A stretch of DNA of 64,000 nucleotides from NCBI GenBank assembly GCA_965222605.1, contig OZ244960.1:2432001-2496000 (forward strand), read 5' to 3'. Of the stretch, positions 1 through 10,028 are shown one piece after another (position 1 is the stretch's first letter; each line of letters begins with the position of its first letter). The position numbers were made by a program, and so were the translations under genes. Origin of the DNA: Candidatus Latescibacterota bacterium (GTDB taxonomy: Bacteria; Latescibacterota; UBA2968). Under the pieces are notes generated by a model. The model saw only the letters and a list, made by a program, of their open reading frames with translations, was not told the DNA's origin and searched no databases.

Positions 1-3000
1 AACCTGCTGCCCGATATCACCTATCCCACCCTGACTGTGCGCACAGAATACGAAGGCACGGCACCCTCAGAGATGGAACGCTTAATCACCGAACCGATTG
101 AGGGGTCTGTAGGTGTGGTAAACGGAGTTATTCGGGTAACCTCGGCCTCGCGCCCTGGCATATCGGATGTGGTTGTGGAATTCGCCTGGGGCACGGACAT
201 GGATTTTGCTTCACTCGATATCCGAGAAAAGCTCGATCAGGTGCGCCTGCCACAGGACGTGAGAAAACCCGTGCTGCTGAGATTTGACCCTTCGCTCGAC
301 CCGATCATGCGTATCGGCCTCTACGGCGACGAAAGCCTGATTTCGCTGCGCCTCCTGGCCGAAGAAGAAATTAAGCCCGAGTTGGAAAGCCTTGAAGGAG
401 TCGCATCTGTGCGCGTCAATGGCGGGCTGGAAGAAGAAATTCAAGTTGAGATTGACCAGCCCAAATTAGCTGCATTGCGCATTCCACTGGCTCAGGTCGT
501 CAACCGCTTAGCCCAGGAAAATGTGAACTTAACGGGTGGAGAACTTAAAGATGGCGAGGCAGAATACCTGGTTCGCACATTCAACGAATTTAAAACAATA
601 GAAGAAATTCAGGATATTGTGGTGGGCCAGCGGCAGGGCACAGTTATCACATTAGCCGATGTGGGCAGGGTGATCCGAGGGCATCGCGAACGCAAGGTGA
701 TTACGCGTATTGATCGGCAAGAGAGTGTTGAACTGGCCGTATATAAAGAGGGCGATGCCAATACGGTAACAGTTGCACAAGCTGTTAAAGAAGCCATCGC
801 GCAATTCCGCCGGACATCTGGCGATTTGCTGGGTAATTCGCGTATGGAGGTCGTATCTGATCAATCGACATTCATTCGAGACTCGGTTTCCGAGGTCCTC
901 AATACCGCTATTTTAGGCGGTTTTTTGGCCATCATCGTTCTCTATCTGTTTTTGCAAAGCCCCAAAAGCACGGGCATCATCAGCGTATCTATTCCCATTT
1001 CGGTTGTTGCGACATTTTTCCTGATGTACGCATCGGATGTGAGTCTCAATATCATGTCATTGGGTGGCCTCGCCCTGGGGATTGGCATGCTGGTTGACAA
1101 CTCAATTGTCGTACTCGAAAGTGTACAGCGTTACCAGGATAGGGGCATGAGTCTGCGTGAAGCGACCAATAAAGGGGGGGCTGAAGTGGGGCAGGCTGTG
1201 GTGGCTTCTACAATGACGACGATATGCGTATTTGTCCCCATTGTTTTTGTAGAAGGCATTGCCGGGCAGCTCTTTCGAGATCAGGCACTTACCGTGACCT
1301 ATTCGCTCGTCGCCTCCCTGCTCGTTGCCCTCACGGTCATACCCATGCTGGCTTCGTTGGAATTTTCATGGATCGGCGAATTTGCCGCCGTAGAAAAAAG
1401 AAAAAAGGAAAGTGGACACAAGGGAGGAGTAGAAGGCCCCGCCCGCATAATGGGATTGCTCGGGACGGTCGCGGGATGGCTCGGGCGCGGTATTCTGGCC
1501 TGTCTGGCACCTTTATTCTGGATTTTTGACAGGGTGATTGGACGAGCTTATCTCATCTATCCGCATATTATCCAGTGGGCACTCAAGCATCGCCTTGCTG
1601 TCATCGGGTCGGCAATAGCCCTCCTGGGCGGCACTGCGACACTTGGCAATAGATTGGGCAGTGAACTGATCCCTGAAATGAGCCAGGGAGCGTTCTCAAT
1701 TTCAGTTGAAATGCCGCTGGGCACGCCCCTTGCTGCGACCACGCAATCCATTCAAGCCATAGAGGGGATTGTTCGCAGCCAACCCGAAGTGCGCCTGGTT
1801 TACAGCATTGTCGGTACGCAATCGGCATCTGGGGGAAGCGGCGGAGAAGAAAGGGAAAATGTGGGCGAAGTCAATGTCGTACTCCACGAAGGCATTATTC
1901 GAGATCGCGAAATTGCCGTAATGGATCGCTTGCGCCAACTGATCCTGGAAATTCCCGCCGTGGATACAAAATTTACCCGCCCATCATTATTTTCGTCCCG
2001 CACGCCAATCGAAGTGGAAATCGCCGGTTATAATTTGGTGTCACTACAGACGATCGCCGGGGAAATGATGGCGCGCATGCAAACCATTCCGGGACTGACA
2101 GATATTAAAACAACGAGCGAGGGCGGTACACCCGAAGTGCAAATTCGGTTTAACCGCAAGCGCGTGGCGCAAATGGGTACGACGATCAATGCCATCGGTG
2201 AGATTCTCCGCAATCAGATCCAAGGAGAGGTTGCCACACAATTTACCCGAGGAGATCGGCGGGTCGATATTCGCGTCCGCGCCGAAGAGGAACACCGAAG
2301 CACGGTTGATGATTTGCGGCGGTTGATCATCAGCCCCAACAATGCCCCATCGCCCGTTCCTTTGAGCGTGGTCGCCGATTTACAGGTGGAAATGGGGCCT
2401 GCCGAAATTCGCAGAATTGACCAGGAGCGCGTGGCATTGATTTCGGCCAACCTGGTGGGTCGAAGTCTGAGTGCTGTCGTCGCAGACCTCGAACGCGAAA
2501 TTGATCGGATGGAGTTGCCCGCCGATTTTGCGATTAAAGTGGGCGGACAAAATGAAGAGCAACAGCGGTCGTTTAAAAGTATGCAATTGGCGATTGGATT
2601 GGCGATTTTTCTCGTATATCTGGTGATGGCATCGCAGTTTGAATCGCTCGTTCACCCTTTCGTGATCATGTTTGCCATACCTTTTGCGCTGGTAGGCGTT
2701 TTTGCCATGCTCCTCCTGACCGGGCAGACCATCAGTGTGGTCGTGCTCATTGGTTTGATTATGTTGGCTGGCATTGTCGTCAACAATGCCATCGTACTCA
2801 TCGATTATATCAACACGCTTCGAAGAGATGAGGGCATGCCCAAAATGGAGGCCATTGCAGAAGCGGGCAAAGTGCGCCTGCGTCCCATTTTGATGACCAC
2901 CTCGACAACCGTGCTCGGTTTGTTGCCCATGGCACTGGGCATTTTCAATTTTCAGCCCCTTGTCAAAAGCATCCGAGGCGCGTTGGACGGCATATTGTCC

Positions 3001-3174
3001 GGGCAGGTATTCACTGCGATCATGACTGTGGTGGGTATGATATTCCCGGTGGGACAGGGCGCTGAGATACGCGCGCCTATGGCTATTACCGTTATTGGCG
3101 GTCTGGTCGTATCAACGCTGGTGACCCTTGTACTGATCCCAACGCTGTATTCGCTAACCGACCGCAAGGAGTAG
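1..3174 (+). CDS. AcrB/AcrD/AcrF-family RND permease (5' end outside window)
   Basis: Frame open from base 1 (NLLPDITYPTL...). Has GMLVDNSIVV, GIVVNNAIVL and RLRPILMT motifs and two large periplasmic loops. Confidence 0.95.
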   Translation, partial: NLLPDITYPTLTVRTEYEGTAPSEMERLITEPIEGSVGVVNGVIRVTSASRPGISDVVVEFAWGTDMDFASLDIREKLDQVRLPQDVRKPVLLRFDPSLDPIMRIGLYGDESLISLRLLAEEEIKPELESLEGVASVRVNGGLEEEIQVEIDQPKLAALRIPLAQVVNRLAQENVNLTGGELKDGEAEYLVRTFNEFKTIEEIQDIVVGQRQGTVITLADVGRVIRGHRERKVITRIDRQESVELAVYKEGDANTVTVAQAVKEAIAQFRRTSGDLLGNSRMEVVSDQSTFIRDSVSEVLNTAILGGFLAIIVLYLFLQSPKSTGIISVSIPISVVATFFLMYASDVSLNIMSLGGLALGIGMLVDNSIVVLESVQRYQDRGMSLREATNKGGAEVGQAVVASTMTTICVFVPIVFVEGIAGQLFRDQALTVTYSLVASLLVALTVIPMLASLEFSWIGEFAAVEKRKKESGHKGGVEGPARIMGLLGTVAGWLGRGILACLAPLFWIFDRVIGRAYLIYPHIIQWALKHRLAVIGSAIALLGGTATLGNRLGSELIPEMSQGAFSISVEMPLGTPLAATTQSIQAIEGIVRSQPEVRLVYSIVGTQSASGGSGGEERENVGEVNVVLHEGIIRDREIAVMDRLRQLILEIPAVDTKFTRPSLFSSRTPIEVEIAGYNLVSLQTIAGEMMARMQTIPGLTDIKTTSEGGTPEVQIRFNRKRVAQMGTTINAIGEILRNQIQGEVATQFTRGDRRVDIRVRAEEEHRSTVDDLRRLIISPNNAPSPVPLSVVADLQVEMGPAEIRRIDQERVALISANLVGRSLSAVVADLEREIDRMELPADFAIKVGGQNEEQQRSFKSMQLAIGLAIFLVYLVMASQFESLVHPFVIMFAIPFALVGVFAMLLLTGQTISVVVLIGLIMLAGIVVNNAIVLIDYINTLRRDEGMPKMEAIAEAGKVRLRPILMTTSTTVLGLLPMALGIFNFQPLVKSIRGALDGILSGQVFTAIMTVVGMIFPVGQGAEIRAPMAITVIGGLVVSTLVTLVLIPTLYSLTDRKE

Positions 3175-3175
3175 C

Positions 3176-3997
3176 ATGGATCAGAGCCAAAATGAAGCGT
3201 TTGTCGAATCGCTACAGAACTATTCGCTTTCAGAACTCGAAGATATTTATGCACACCTGGACCGCGACCTATTTCCAGAGCGATTCGATCAAGTCAGGGC
3301 CGAAATCGAAGCGCGCTTAAAGGACTTTGATTCAAAAGCTGCGGGTATAAGTGCGCTGACGGATCCACCAGGGATCTTGAGACGCCTCACGTCGAGCGCG
3401 ATTGATTTCTCCATGCAAGTGCTTGTTCCTTTTTTAATTTTTTTTCTCCTCAAAAGCGTTCTTTTTCCAAGCACCCCAACCGCAAGTGCCGGCGGTGGAC
3501 GAGGCGGCGGACGAGGTGGCGGTGGACGAGGTGGACGAGGTGGCGGTGGCGGCAATCAATCCGATGACCTCTGGTCAGACATCACGGGGTTTGTGGGAAA
3601 CGCGAAGGATATCGCTGTTGGATTGATCGAGGGAGACCCCGCGGCGCAGAGCCGGGCGATGCTTATCTGGAACGATTTTGGCATCATTTTGGTCATTTTA
3701 CTCGTTTTCCGAGTCTTCATGACCCTATCGGGATGGGCGCGCTCCGGGTTTACCCCTGGAATGCGCGAATTGGGTATTCGAGTCGAGCGCGTTGGGGGAG
3801 GTGTTCCAACCTGGTCACAGGCGGTGGGCAGATTTGTTCTACAGCCTCTGCTTTTTGTCGCAACACTGGGGCTTAGCGGATTTTGGGTGCTGTGGGATCG
3901 CGACAGCCGAGCACTTCACGATAAAATTCTCGGCACAAGGCTCGTTCGCGTGGTGCGTACCTGGGAAAAGGCAGAAGCTGAGAGAAGATTTGAATAG
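3176..3997 (+). CDS. RDD-family membrane protein with Gly/Arg-rich insert
   Basis: RRLTSSAID, TPGMRELGIRV and RALHDKILGTRLV match the RDD pattern. Confidence 0.8.
   Translation: MDQSQNEAFVESLQNYSLSELEDIYAHLDRDLFPERFDQVRAEIEARLKDFDSKAAGISALTDPPGILRRLTSSAIDFSMQVLVPFLIFFLLKSVLFPSTPTASAGGGRGGGRGGGGRGGRGGGGGNQSDDLWSDITGFVGNAKDIAVGLIEGDPAAQSRAMLIWNDFGIILVILLVFRVFMTLSGWARSGFTPGMRELGIRVERVGGGVPTWSQAVGRFVLQPLLFVATLGLSGFWVLWDRDSRALHDKILGTRLVRVVRTWEKAEAERRFE
3491..3553 (+). repeat. Low-complexity GGN/CGA repeat encoding an RGG tract
   Basis: ggcggtggacga-type units seen directly. Confidence 0.85.
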
Positions 3998-4071
3998 AAT
4001 ATGTCAGTTATCCGAAACTTTTGGTCATGTGCTCTCGTCTAAACCCTCGAATTATCAGAGAAGGAGTCAGT

Positions 4072-4509
4072 ATGTATAGGCGGATGTATAAAGTGTGTTG
4101 TGTCGTGCTGGCAACCGCATTTTTTCTGGGGTGTTTGGCCCCTGTTGCCGAAGCGCGGTCTTTTTTTACTGCACGGCGCACATTGGGTGTCTTATTTCTC
4201 GGTGGCAGTGCGTTTATGGCCAAGCGCGCCATTGATTTTAAGCGCGATGCAAACGACAATTACGAAGCCTACAAGGCGGCGACAGATGCGCGGGAAGCCG
4301 AACGGCTTTTTAACCGCACAAGTGATCGAGACACCAAGAGCCAGATGAGTATTGGATTTTCCGCAATTTTGTTGATCAGTGGTTTGCGTTTGCTCATGCA
4401 CAGCGGCGTGGATGATAAAATGCCCAAAATTGATCGACGAATCAAAATTGATCTCAACAGTGATATTCGCAAAAAGTCTGTTGGGATTGTGTTAAAGAAA
4501 AAATTTTAA
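4072..4509 (+). CDS. Hypothetical secreted/membrane protein
   Basis: AAGGAG RBS before ATG 4072; signal-peptide-like N-terminus (AEA) and hydrophobic segments. Confidence 0.7.
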   Translation: MYRRMYKVCCVVLATAFFLGCLAPVAEARSFFTARRTLGVLFLGGSAFMAKRAIDFKRDANDNYEAYKAATDAREAERLFNRTSDRDTKSQMSIGFSAILLISGLRLLMHSGVDDKMPKIDRRIKIDLNSDIRKKSVGIVLKKKF

Positions 4510-4539
4510 TCATCAGTAATGGGCCATGAGGAGATTATT

Positions 4540-7500
4540 ATGAATCACTGGTGGACGCGCCGACTACAAGTCGGCCTTTTGGGGATTGCGATAATTTTAA
4601 TTACTATGTGGGGATGCGGACGCGAGCGCGTAAATCCAATTGACTCACAATATGAGGGTGAGGGCGGCGTAACTCTGAATTCGCCGGGCAATATTCGCGC
4701 CCAGGGCGGTATTGGGCGAATCACTTTGAACTGGAATCCGGTAAATAGCACCACCCTTGCGGGATACGGGATATGGCGGTCAACATCGGCTACGGCCGAC
4801 TTCGTGCTATTGCGCGGCGAATCATCTGTCCCCGACGTGACGACAGCACGGACGACATTTGTGGATTCAACAATAGATGTCAGTGTATCGAAAATATACT
4901 TGTACAAACTCAGCACCGTAGATGTAGATGGACAATCGAGCGAATTGTCCGCATTTGTGAGCGCAGAAGTCCTCGATGACACGCGCGCACCGGCTATGCC
5001 GGCAAATCTCGTCGCTATCACCGATGTCGATGGCAAACAGGTGACACTCGGCTGGTCAGCGCCAGAAAGTGATGAGGGTAATCAGGAATTGACCGGCTTG
5101 TCCGGGTACAGAATTTTCAGGATTAAAGATTCGCAGGGCAAACTCCAGATACAGGGTCCGGAAACAGCGCTGGTCGCACTCGCGACAGAACTGGGCATTG
5201 ACCTCGATAATCTGGGAGAACTATCCGACGATTTGAAAGATGTTTTTGTCGAACTTGGGACAGTGCCAGCCGACCAGACTTATTTTCTCGATACCGATGG
5301 GCTCGAAGCTGGCGTGCTTCACGTTTATGTGGTCATCGCTGTTGATTCAAGTGGCAACACAGGACCTCCAGCACTTACTTTAGTGATCATAAGCGCACCG
5401 GGCGCGAACCTGCCAGTGCCTGCTGGCTTGCGCGCGACGAAAAATGAACAGGCGCGCATTGTCATATCCTGGAATCCCGTGAATGATCCCAATTTGCTGG
5501 GCTATCTGGTCTTGCGGTCACAATCGACACAAGGCCCATTCACACCCGTAACAAGCGATACGCTCTTTACCACGGGGCAGACGACCTATGTCGATTCGCT
5601 CGTTGTAACCGATCAAGTGTATTTCTACAAAGTTCAAACCGTTGTGCAAGATCCTGAACTTGGACTATTGCGCAGTGATACTTCCACTTTCACCGACGGA
5701 CAGGCACTTGCCGATCAAAGTGCTCCTGGCGCGCCCTCAGATCTCATCATCAGCCTGGACGAGGCAAATTTCCAGCGGGTGATGCTGAACTGGACTACAC
5801 CTGTAACAGACAGAAATGGCAATGAGTTGACCGGACTGGCCTCCTTTGAAATCTACCGGTCACGCGATAACAATACATCCTTTGCGCTAATCGCCACAGT
5901 ATCGAGCGATCAAATGAGTTTTGTAGATACTTCTGTCGAATTACTCACGACGTATTTCTATGCAATCAGAGCATTGGATCAGGCCGGCAATGCCGGACCC
6001 CGGTCTCAGCCGATATCTGTGACGACCAAAGGATTTGCCATCCCGCGCAACGTGCGGGCAACTCCTGGTGTGCAGAAAATCACCTTGACCTGGACGGCGA
6101 ACACCGAGCCGGAATTAACGGGATATGAGATATTGCGCTTTGCAGATCCCACAGACGAAACACCTGACAAAACTTTCTCTTCTGTATTGACGACGTATGT
6201 GGATACCCCTGTCACTGCAGACCGCCCCTTTGTCTATCGGGTGCGTGCGGTTGGCACCGCCAATGTGAAGAGCGAATTGTCGCCCCCTGTCTCTGCCCAG
6301 GCCAATGAATCTGCTCCGGTTCTGGCAGCACCGCGCAATGTGCAGGCAAGAGGTGGGATTGGTCACATTACCATCACCTGGTCTGCCAATACAGAACCAG
6401 AACTGACCGGGTATCGCGTAATGCGCTATACAGACCCGGCACAGACAGTGGCCGAAGCGACCTTTGCGACCGTGCAGACGACTTATGTCGATTCGCCACT
6501 GATATCGGGACAGACCTATGTATATCGCGTACAGGCTGTCGGTACCAATAACGAAGAAAGCGAACGGTCACTCTATGCCTCCGCAACGGTCTCAGCCGAT
6601 CAGAGTCCTCCCGGCGCGCCCTCGGATCTCATCGTCAGTCTGGATGAGGCGAATTTCCAGCGCGTGCTTATCAGCTGGACAGCTCCCACGAGAGATAGCA
6701 ATGGCAATGAGTTGACCGGATTGACCTCCTTTGAAATCTACCGGTCACGCGACAACAATACATCCTTTGCGCTTATCGCCGCAGTATCGAGCGATCAAAC
6801 GAGTTATGAAGACACATCTGTCGAGTTATTGACGCGATACTTCTATGCGGTCAAAGCATTGGATCAGGCCGACAATGCCGGACCCCGGTCTCAGCCAGTA
6901 TCTGTGACGACCAAGGGATTTGCTGTGCCGCGCAACTTGCAAGCGACTGCTGGGGTGCAGAAAATCACCTTGACCTGGGCGGCAAATACCGAGCCGGAAT
7001 TGACCGGATATGAGATCTTGCGCTTTACAGATCCCTCACAAGAAACACCTGACAGGATCTTCTCTTCTGTGTTGACGACGTATGTGGATACACCCGTCAC
7101 AGCAGATCAGCCCTTTGTCTATCGGGTGCGTGCGGTTGGTCCCTCAAATTTGAAGAGCGAACTGTCGGCCTTTGCATCTGCACAGGCCATCGAGCCGCCT
7201 CCGGTTTTGGCAGCACCGCGCAATGTGCGAGCGACTGCTGGGGTGCAGCAAATAACCTTGACCTGGGCGGCGAACACCGAGCCTGAATGGACGGGATATG
7301 AGATATTGCGCTTTGCAGATCCCTCACAAGAAACACCTGACAGGATCTTCTCTTCTGTGTTGACGACGTATGTGGATACACCCGTCACAGCAGATCGCCC
7401 CTTTATCTATCGGGTGCGGGCGGTTGGTACCTCCAATGAGAAGAGCGAACTATCGGCCTTTGTCTCTGCACAGGCCATTGCGCCGCCTCCGGTTTTGGCA

Positions 7501-8397
7501 GCACCGCGCAATGTGCGCGCAAGCGCTGGAATTGAGTACATTACCATCACCTGGTCGGCCAATACAGAAGCAGAACTGGCCAGGTATCGCGTAATGCGCT
7601 ATACAGACCCGGCGCAAACCGAGGCCGAAACGACCTTCACGACCGTGCATACGACTTATGTCGATTCGCCGCTGGTAGCGGAGCAGACCTATGTATATCG
7701 CGTGCAGGCGGTTGGTGTAAATAACACAGAAAGCGACCCATCGCTATTTGCCTCTGCAACGGTACTGATCGATGATATTCCACCTGCTACCCCCGGCAAT
7801 TTTGTCGCTGTTTTGGCGAGTAGTGGCACAACAATTGAGTTAATTTGGGACGCCCCCATAAGAGATGCAAATGGCGGTGCCCTGACGGGACTTGCCCGCT
7901 TTGTGATTTATCGCGCGGACCCATTGAATAATAATGTGCTGACTTATCTAACAACCGTAGATGAGACATATCGAGGATATCGAGATACGGGCCTGCAAAA
8001 CCGCACGACTTACAGGTATCAGATCTCTGCCATTGACCACCACGGCCACGAAGGTCCGCGATCACCCAGCAAGACGGTGACCACAACTGATAATATCGTT
8101 GTGCCACCATCGAACCTGCAGGCTTCTTATAATGGCAGTGTTACCGAGATCAACCTGAGTTGGACGGCTCCTGATGAATACGATAGTTTCGTGGTTCAAC
8201 GGGCAGAACTCGCCCCGGGTACTTCCAGTCAAGATTTAACAGACGGAGATTATATAGGTGTGGCAAGTTCGCATCGGTCCACTTTTTATGACGATAACGA
8301 CATTAAAAGTGGCACCATCTATGTCTATCGCGTCCGCACATATCTTTCCGGGCGGATCAGCGATCCTTCCAACATCGTAATTATCGTGGTCCCATAA
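4540..8397 (+). CDS. Large fibronectin type III repeat lipoprotein
   Basis: Lipobox-like MWGC; about a dozen FN3-like units (P-x-N...W...Y-x-I-x-R...Y-x-Y-x-V-x-A). GAGGAG RBS before ATG 4540; alternative start 4519. Confidence 0.88.
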   Translation: MNHWWTRRLQVGLLGIAIILITMWGCGRERVNPIDSQYEGEGGVTLNSPGNIRAQGGIGRITLNWNPVNSTTLAGYGIWRSTSATADFVLLRGESSVPDVTTARTTFVDSTIDVSVSKIYLYKLSTVDVDGQSSELSAFVSAEVLDDTRAPAMPANLVAITDVDGKQVTLGWSAPESDEGNQELTGLSGYRIFRIKDSQGKLQIQGPETALVALATELGIDLDNLGELSDDLKDVFVELGTVPADQTYFLDTDGLEAGVLHVYVVIAVDSSGNTGPPALTLVIISAPGANLPVPAGLRATKNEQARIVISWNPVNDPNLLGYLVLRSQSTQGPFTPVTSDTLFTTGQTTYVDSLVVTDQVYFYKVQTVVQDPELGLLRSDTSTFTDGQALADQSAPGAPSDLIISLDEANFQRVMLNWTTPVTDRNGNELTGLASFEIYRSRDNNTSFALIATVSSDQMSFVDTSVELLTTYFYAIRALDQAGNAGPRSQPISVTTKGFAIPRNVRATPGVQKITLTWTANTEPELTGYEILRFADPTDETPDKTFSSVLTTYVDTPVTADRPFVYRVRAVGTANVKSELSPPVSAQANESAPVLAAPRNVQARGGIGHITITWSANTEPELTGYRVMRYTDPAQTVAEATFATVQTTYVDSPLISGQTYVYRVQAVGTNNEESERSLYASATVSADQSPPGAPSDLIVSLDEANFQRVLISWTAPTRDSNGNELTGLTSFEIYRSRDNNTSFALIAAVSSDQTSYEDTSVELLTRYFYAVKALDQADNAGPRSQPVSVTTKGFAVPRNLQATAGVQKITLTWAANTEPELTGYEILRFTDPSQETPDRIFSSVLTTYVDTPVTADQPFVYRVRAVGPSNLKSELSAFASAQAIEPPPVLAAPRNVRATAGVQQITLTWAANTEPEWTGYEILRFADPSQETPDRIFSSVLTTYVDTPVTADRPFIYRVRAVGTSNEKSELSAFVSAQAIAPPPVLAAPRNVRASAGIEYITITWSANTEAELARYRVMRYTDPAQTEAETTFTTVHTTYVDSPLVAEQTYVYRVQAVGVNNTESDPSLFASATVLIDDIPPATPGNFVAVLASSGTTIELIWDAPIRDANGGALTGLARFVIYRADPLNNNVLTYLTTVDETYRGYRDTGLQNRTTYRYQISAIDHHGHEGPRSPSKTVTTTDNIVVPPSNLQASYNGSVTEINLSWTAPDEYDSFVVQRAELAPGTSSQDLTDGDYIGVASSHRSTFYDDNDIKSGTIYVYRVRTYLSGRISDPSNIVIIVVP
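5710..7770 (+). repeat. Intragenic tandem duplications of FN3 modules (A-B-C-A-B-B-C)
   Basis: Similar DNA at 5710/6595 and 6043/6928 (offset 885), 6928/7216 (offset 288) and 6331/7504. Confidence 0.9.
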
Positions 8398-8410
8398 ACC
8401 AGCAGCAGAT

Positions 8411-8451
8411 AAAAAAATGGCGTTCTTCTTTTGAAGGACGCTATTTTTTTT
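8411..8451 (+). terminator. Intrinsic terminator, possibly bidirectional
   Basis: AAAAAAATGGCGTTCTTC-TTTT-GAAGGACGCTATTTTTTT just after the FN3 gene stop. Confidence 0.8.
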
Positions 8452-8460
8452 ATAAAAATA

Positions 8461-8525
8461 GCGACAGATCGAGAGCCAACTGTCGCAACTCATGCGTCAG
8501 ATATCAGAGTCGAAAATTTTCATAC
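8461..8525. promoter_or_regulatory. Candidate upstream activator (bEBP-binding) sites
   Basis: Dyads GCGACAG-N12-CTGTCGC, TGTCGCA-N5-TGCGTCA and GAAAATTTTC upstream of a sigma-54 site. Confidence 0.5.
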
Positions 8526-8543
8526 TCTCTTTAACTGATTCTT

Positions 8544-8556
8544 TATCAACATGTTA
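8544..8556 (+). promoter_or_regulatory. IHF-binding site
   Basis: TATCAACATGTTA matches WATCAANNNNTTR and lies between the dyads and the -24/-12 box. Confidence 0.6.
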
Positions 8557-8572
8557 TAAAATTTGTCAACTC

Positions 8573-8588
8573 TGGCACAAAATGTGCA
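8573..8588 (+). promoter_or_regulatory. Sigma-54 (-24/-12) promoter
   Basis: TGGCACAAAATGTGCA gives exact GG-N10-GC spacing. Confidence 0.78.
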
Positions 8589-8624
8589 TGATGTCTCTTG
8601 TAAAACTTACACATTGGAGGTTTT

Positions 8625-9974
8625 ATGGGAGACATATTGGTTGTTGATGGAAACCCGCAACGCGCAATGCAATTGGCGCAACTGCTAAAAGAACTGGGCG
8701 CAAACGCGCGCATAGCTGGTTCTTTTTTTCACTGCTTGAAACGCATTGAAGAAAGAAACCCCGAACTCGTCCTTATCGCTGAAACACTCCCCGATGGACG
8801 GGGATTAAAACTGCTTCCCGTATTTGATGGCCTGTGTCCCGTAGTGATTGTGGGTGAATATATGGCATCTGATAAAATACTCGAGGCTTTGTCGTTGGGA
8901 GCGCGTGATTTTCTCGTACATCCCATTGAGCGGCAGACGCTGGATATTCTGATCTCTCAATTGCAGGTTGGGGGTAAAATCGCGCTACACTATCTGTCTC
9001 AGAATCCCAGGAACGAGTCACCGACAGGGATGGTGATTGGATCGTGTCCAGACATGTTATCTGCGCTCAAGCGCGCGGGCCTGGCAGCGCGAACATCGGC
9101 TTCGTTCCTGATTTATGGTGAAAGTGGAACAGGAAAAGAGTTGATGGCGCGAGAAATACATCGGGCTTCGGGGCGGTCAGGGGCATTTGTAGCACTCAAT
9201 TGTGCGGCAATAGCAGAAAGCATTGCCGAAAGTGAACTTTTTGGGCATGAGCGAGGAGCTTTTACCGGCGCCATAACCCGTCGAGCAGGGTGTTTTGAAC
9301 AAGCCGACGGCGGCACGCTTTTTCTCGATGAAATTGGCGAGGCTTCGCCTGCATTTCAAGCCAAGCTGTTGCGGGTGTTAGACCGCGGTGAATTTGTCAG
9401 AGTTGGCGGACAATCACCTATACAAACGCAGGTTCGGATAATTGCAGCCACCAACCGCGACCTCAATTCCATGATCGAACAAGGCGAATTTCGCCTGGAT
9501 TTGTTTTACAGGCTCAGCGCCGTGACCATATCTCTCCCCCCTCTGCGAGAACGCAGCGAAGATATTCCACACATTGTTCAAGCAATGCTAACGCGTTTGA
9601 AAACCGATACGGGCGTGGAGGTTCAAGGGGTTTCTGAAGCGGCGGTTGCATATCTGGCGGGATGTGAATGGCCGGGAAATTTACGAGAATTGCAACACGC
9701 CATTTACCGCGCAGCCCTGGCCTGTCAGAAAGGGGTAATCCGACCTGAACATCTCGATGTACTCAGGTCCACACAGTCCAGCGCACCGGACAAAATTGAA
9801 ACCCTGAATGAAATTGAGCAGGCGCATATTGAACGGGTGCTACTTACTACCGGTGGCAATCAGGGACGAGCCTGTGAGTTGCTCGGGATATCGAGACCAA
9901 CGTTGAGACGAAAAATACGCCGATACGCGTTTGAAAGAGCAAAAAATGGTCAGGTGAGTTCGACCTTGACTTAA
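8625..9974 (+). CDS. Sigma-54-dependent activator (NtrC/AtoC architecture, degenerate receiver)
   Basis: [29 protein letters not shown] and a C-terminal Fis-type HTH; GGAGG RBS. Confidence 0.93.
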   Translation: MGDILVVDGNPQRAMQLAQLLKELGANARIAGSFFHCLKRIEERNPELVLIAETLPDGRGLKLLPVFDGLCPVVIVGEYMASDKILEALSLGARDFLVHPIERQTLDILISQLQVGGKIALHYLSQNPRNESPTGMVIGSCPDMLSALKRAGLAARTSASFLIYGESGTGKELMAREIHRASGRSGAFVALNCAAIAESIAESELFGHERGAFTGAITRRAGCFEQADGGTLFLDEIGEASPAFQAKLLRVLDRGEFVRVGGQSPIQTQVRIIAATNRDLNSMIEQGEFRLDLFYRLSAVTISLPPLRERSEDIPHIVQAMLTRLKTDTGVEVQGVSEAAVAYLAGCEWPGNLRELQHAIYRAALACQKGVIRPEHLDVLRSTQSSAPDKIETLNEIEQAHIERVLLTTGGNQGRACELLGISRPTLRRKIRRYAFERAKNGQVSSTLT

Positions 9975-9994
9975 AAAAGAGTGCGACTCATACT
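9966..9994 (+). promoter_or_regulatory. Sigma-70-type promoter
   Basis: TTGACT-N17-CATACT upstream of the thrC-like gene. Confidence 0.55.
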
Positions 9995-10028
9995 ATGACG
10001 AGTTCTCAATCTTTTTCAGGAGGTATTT

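Noticed and set aside
5710-7770. FN3 repeats as a CRISPR array or DGR template/variable repeats
   Set aside because: The repeats are in-frame coding modules of 288-885 bp, differences are not adenine-specific, and no cas or reverse transcriptase gene is present.
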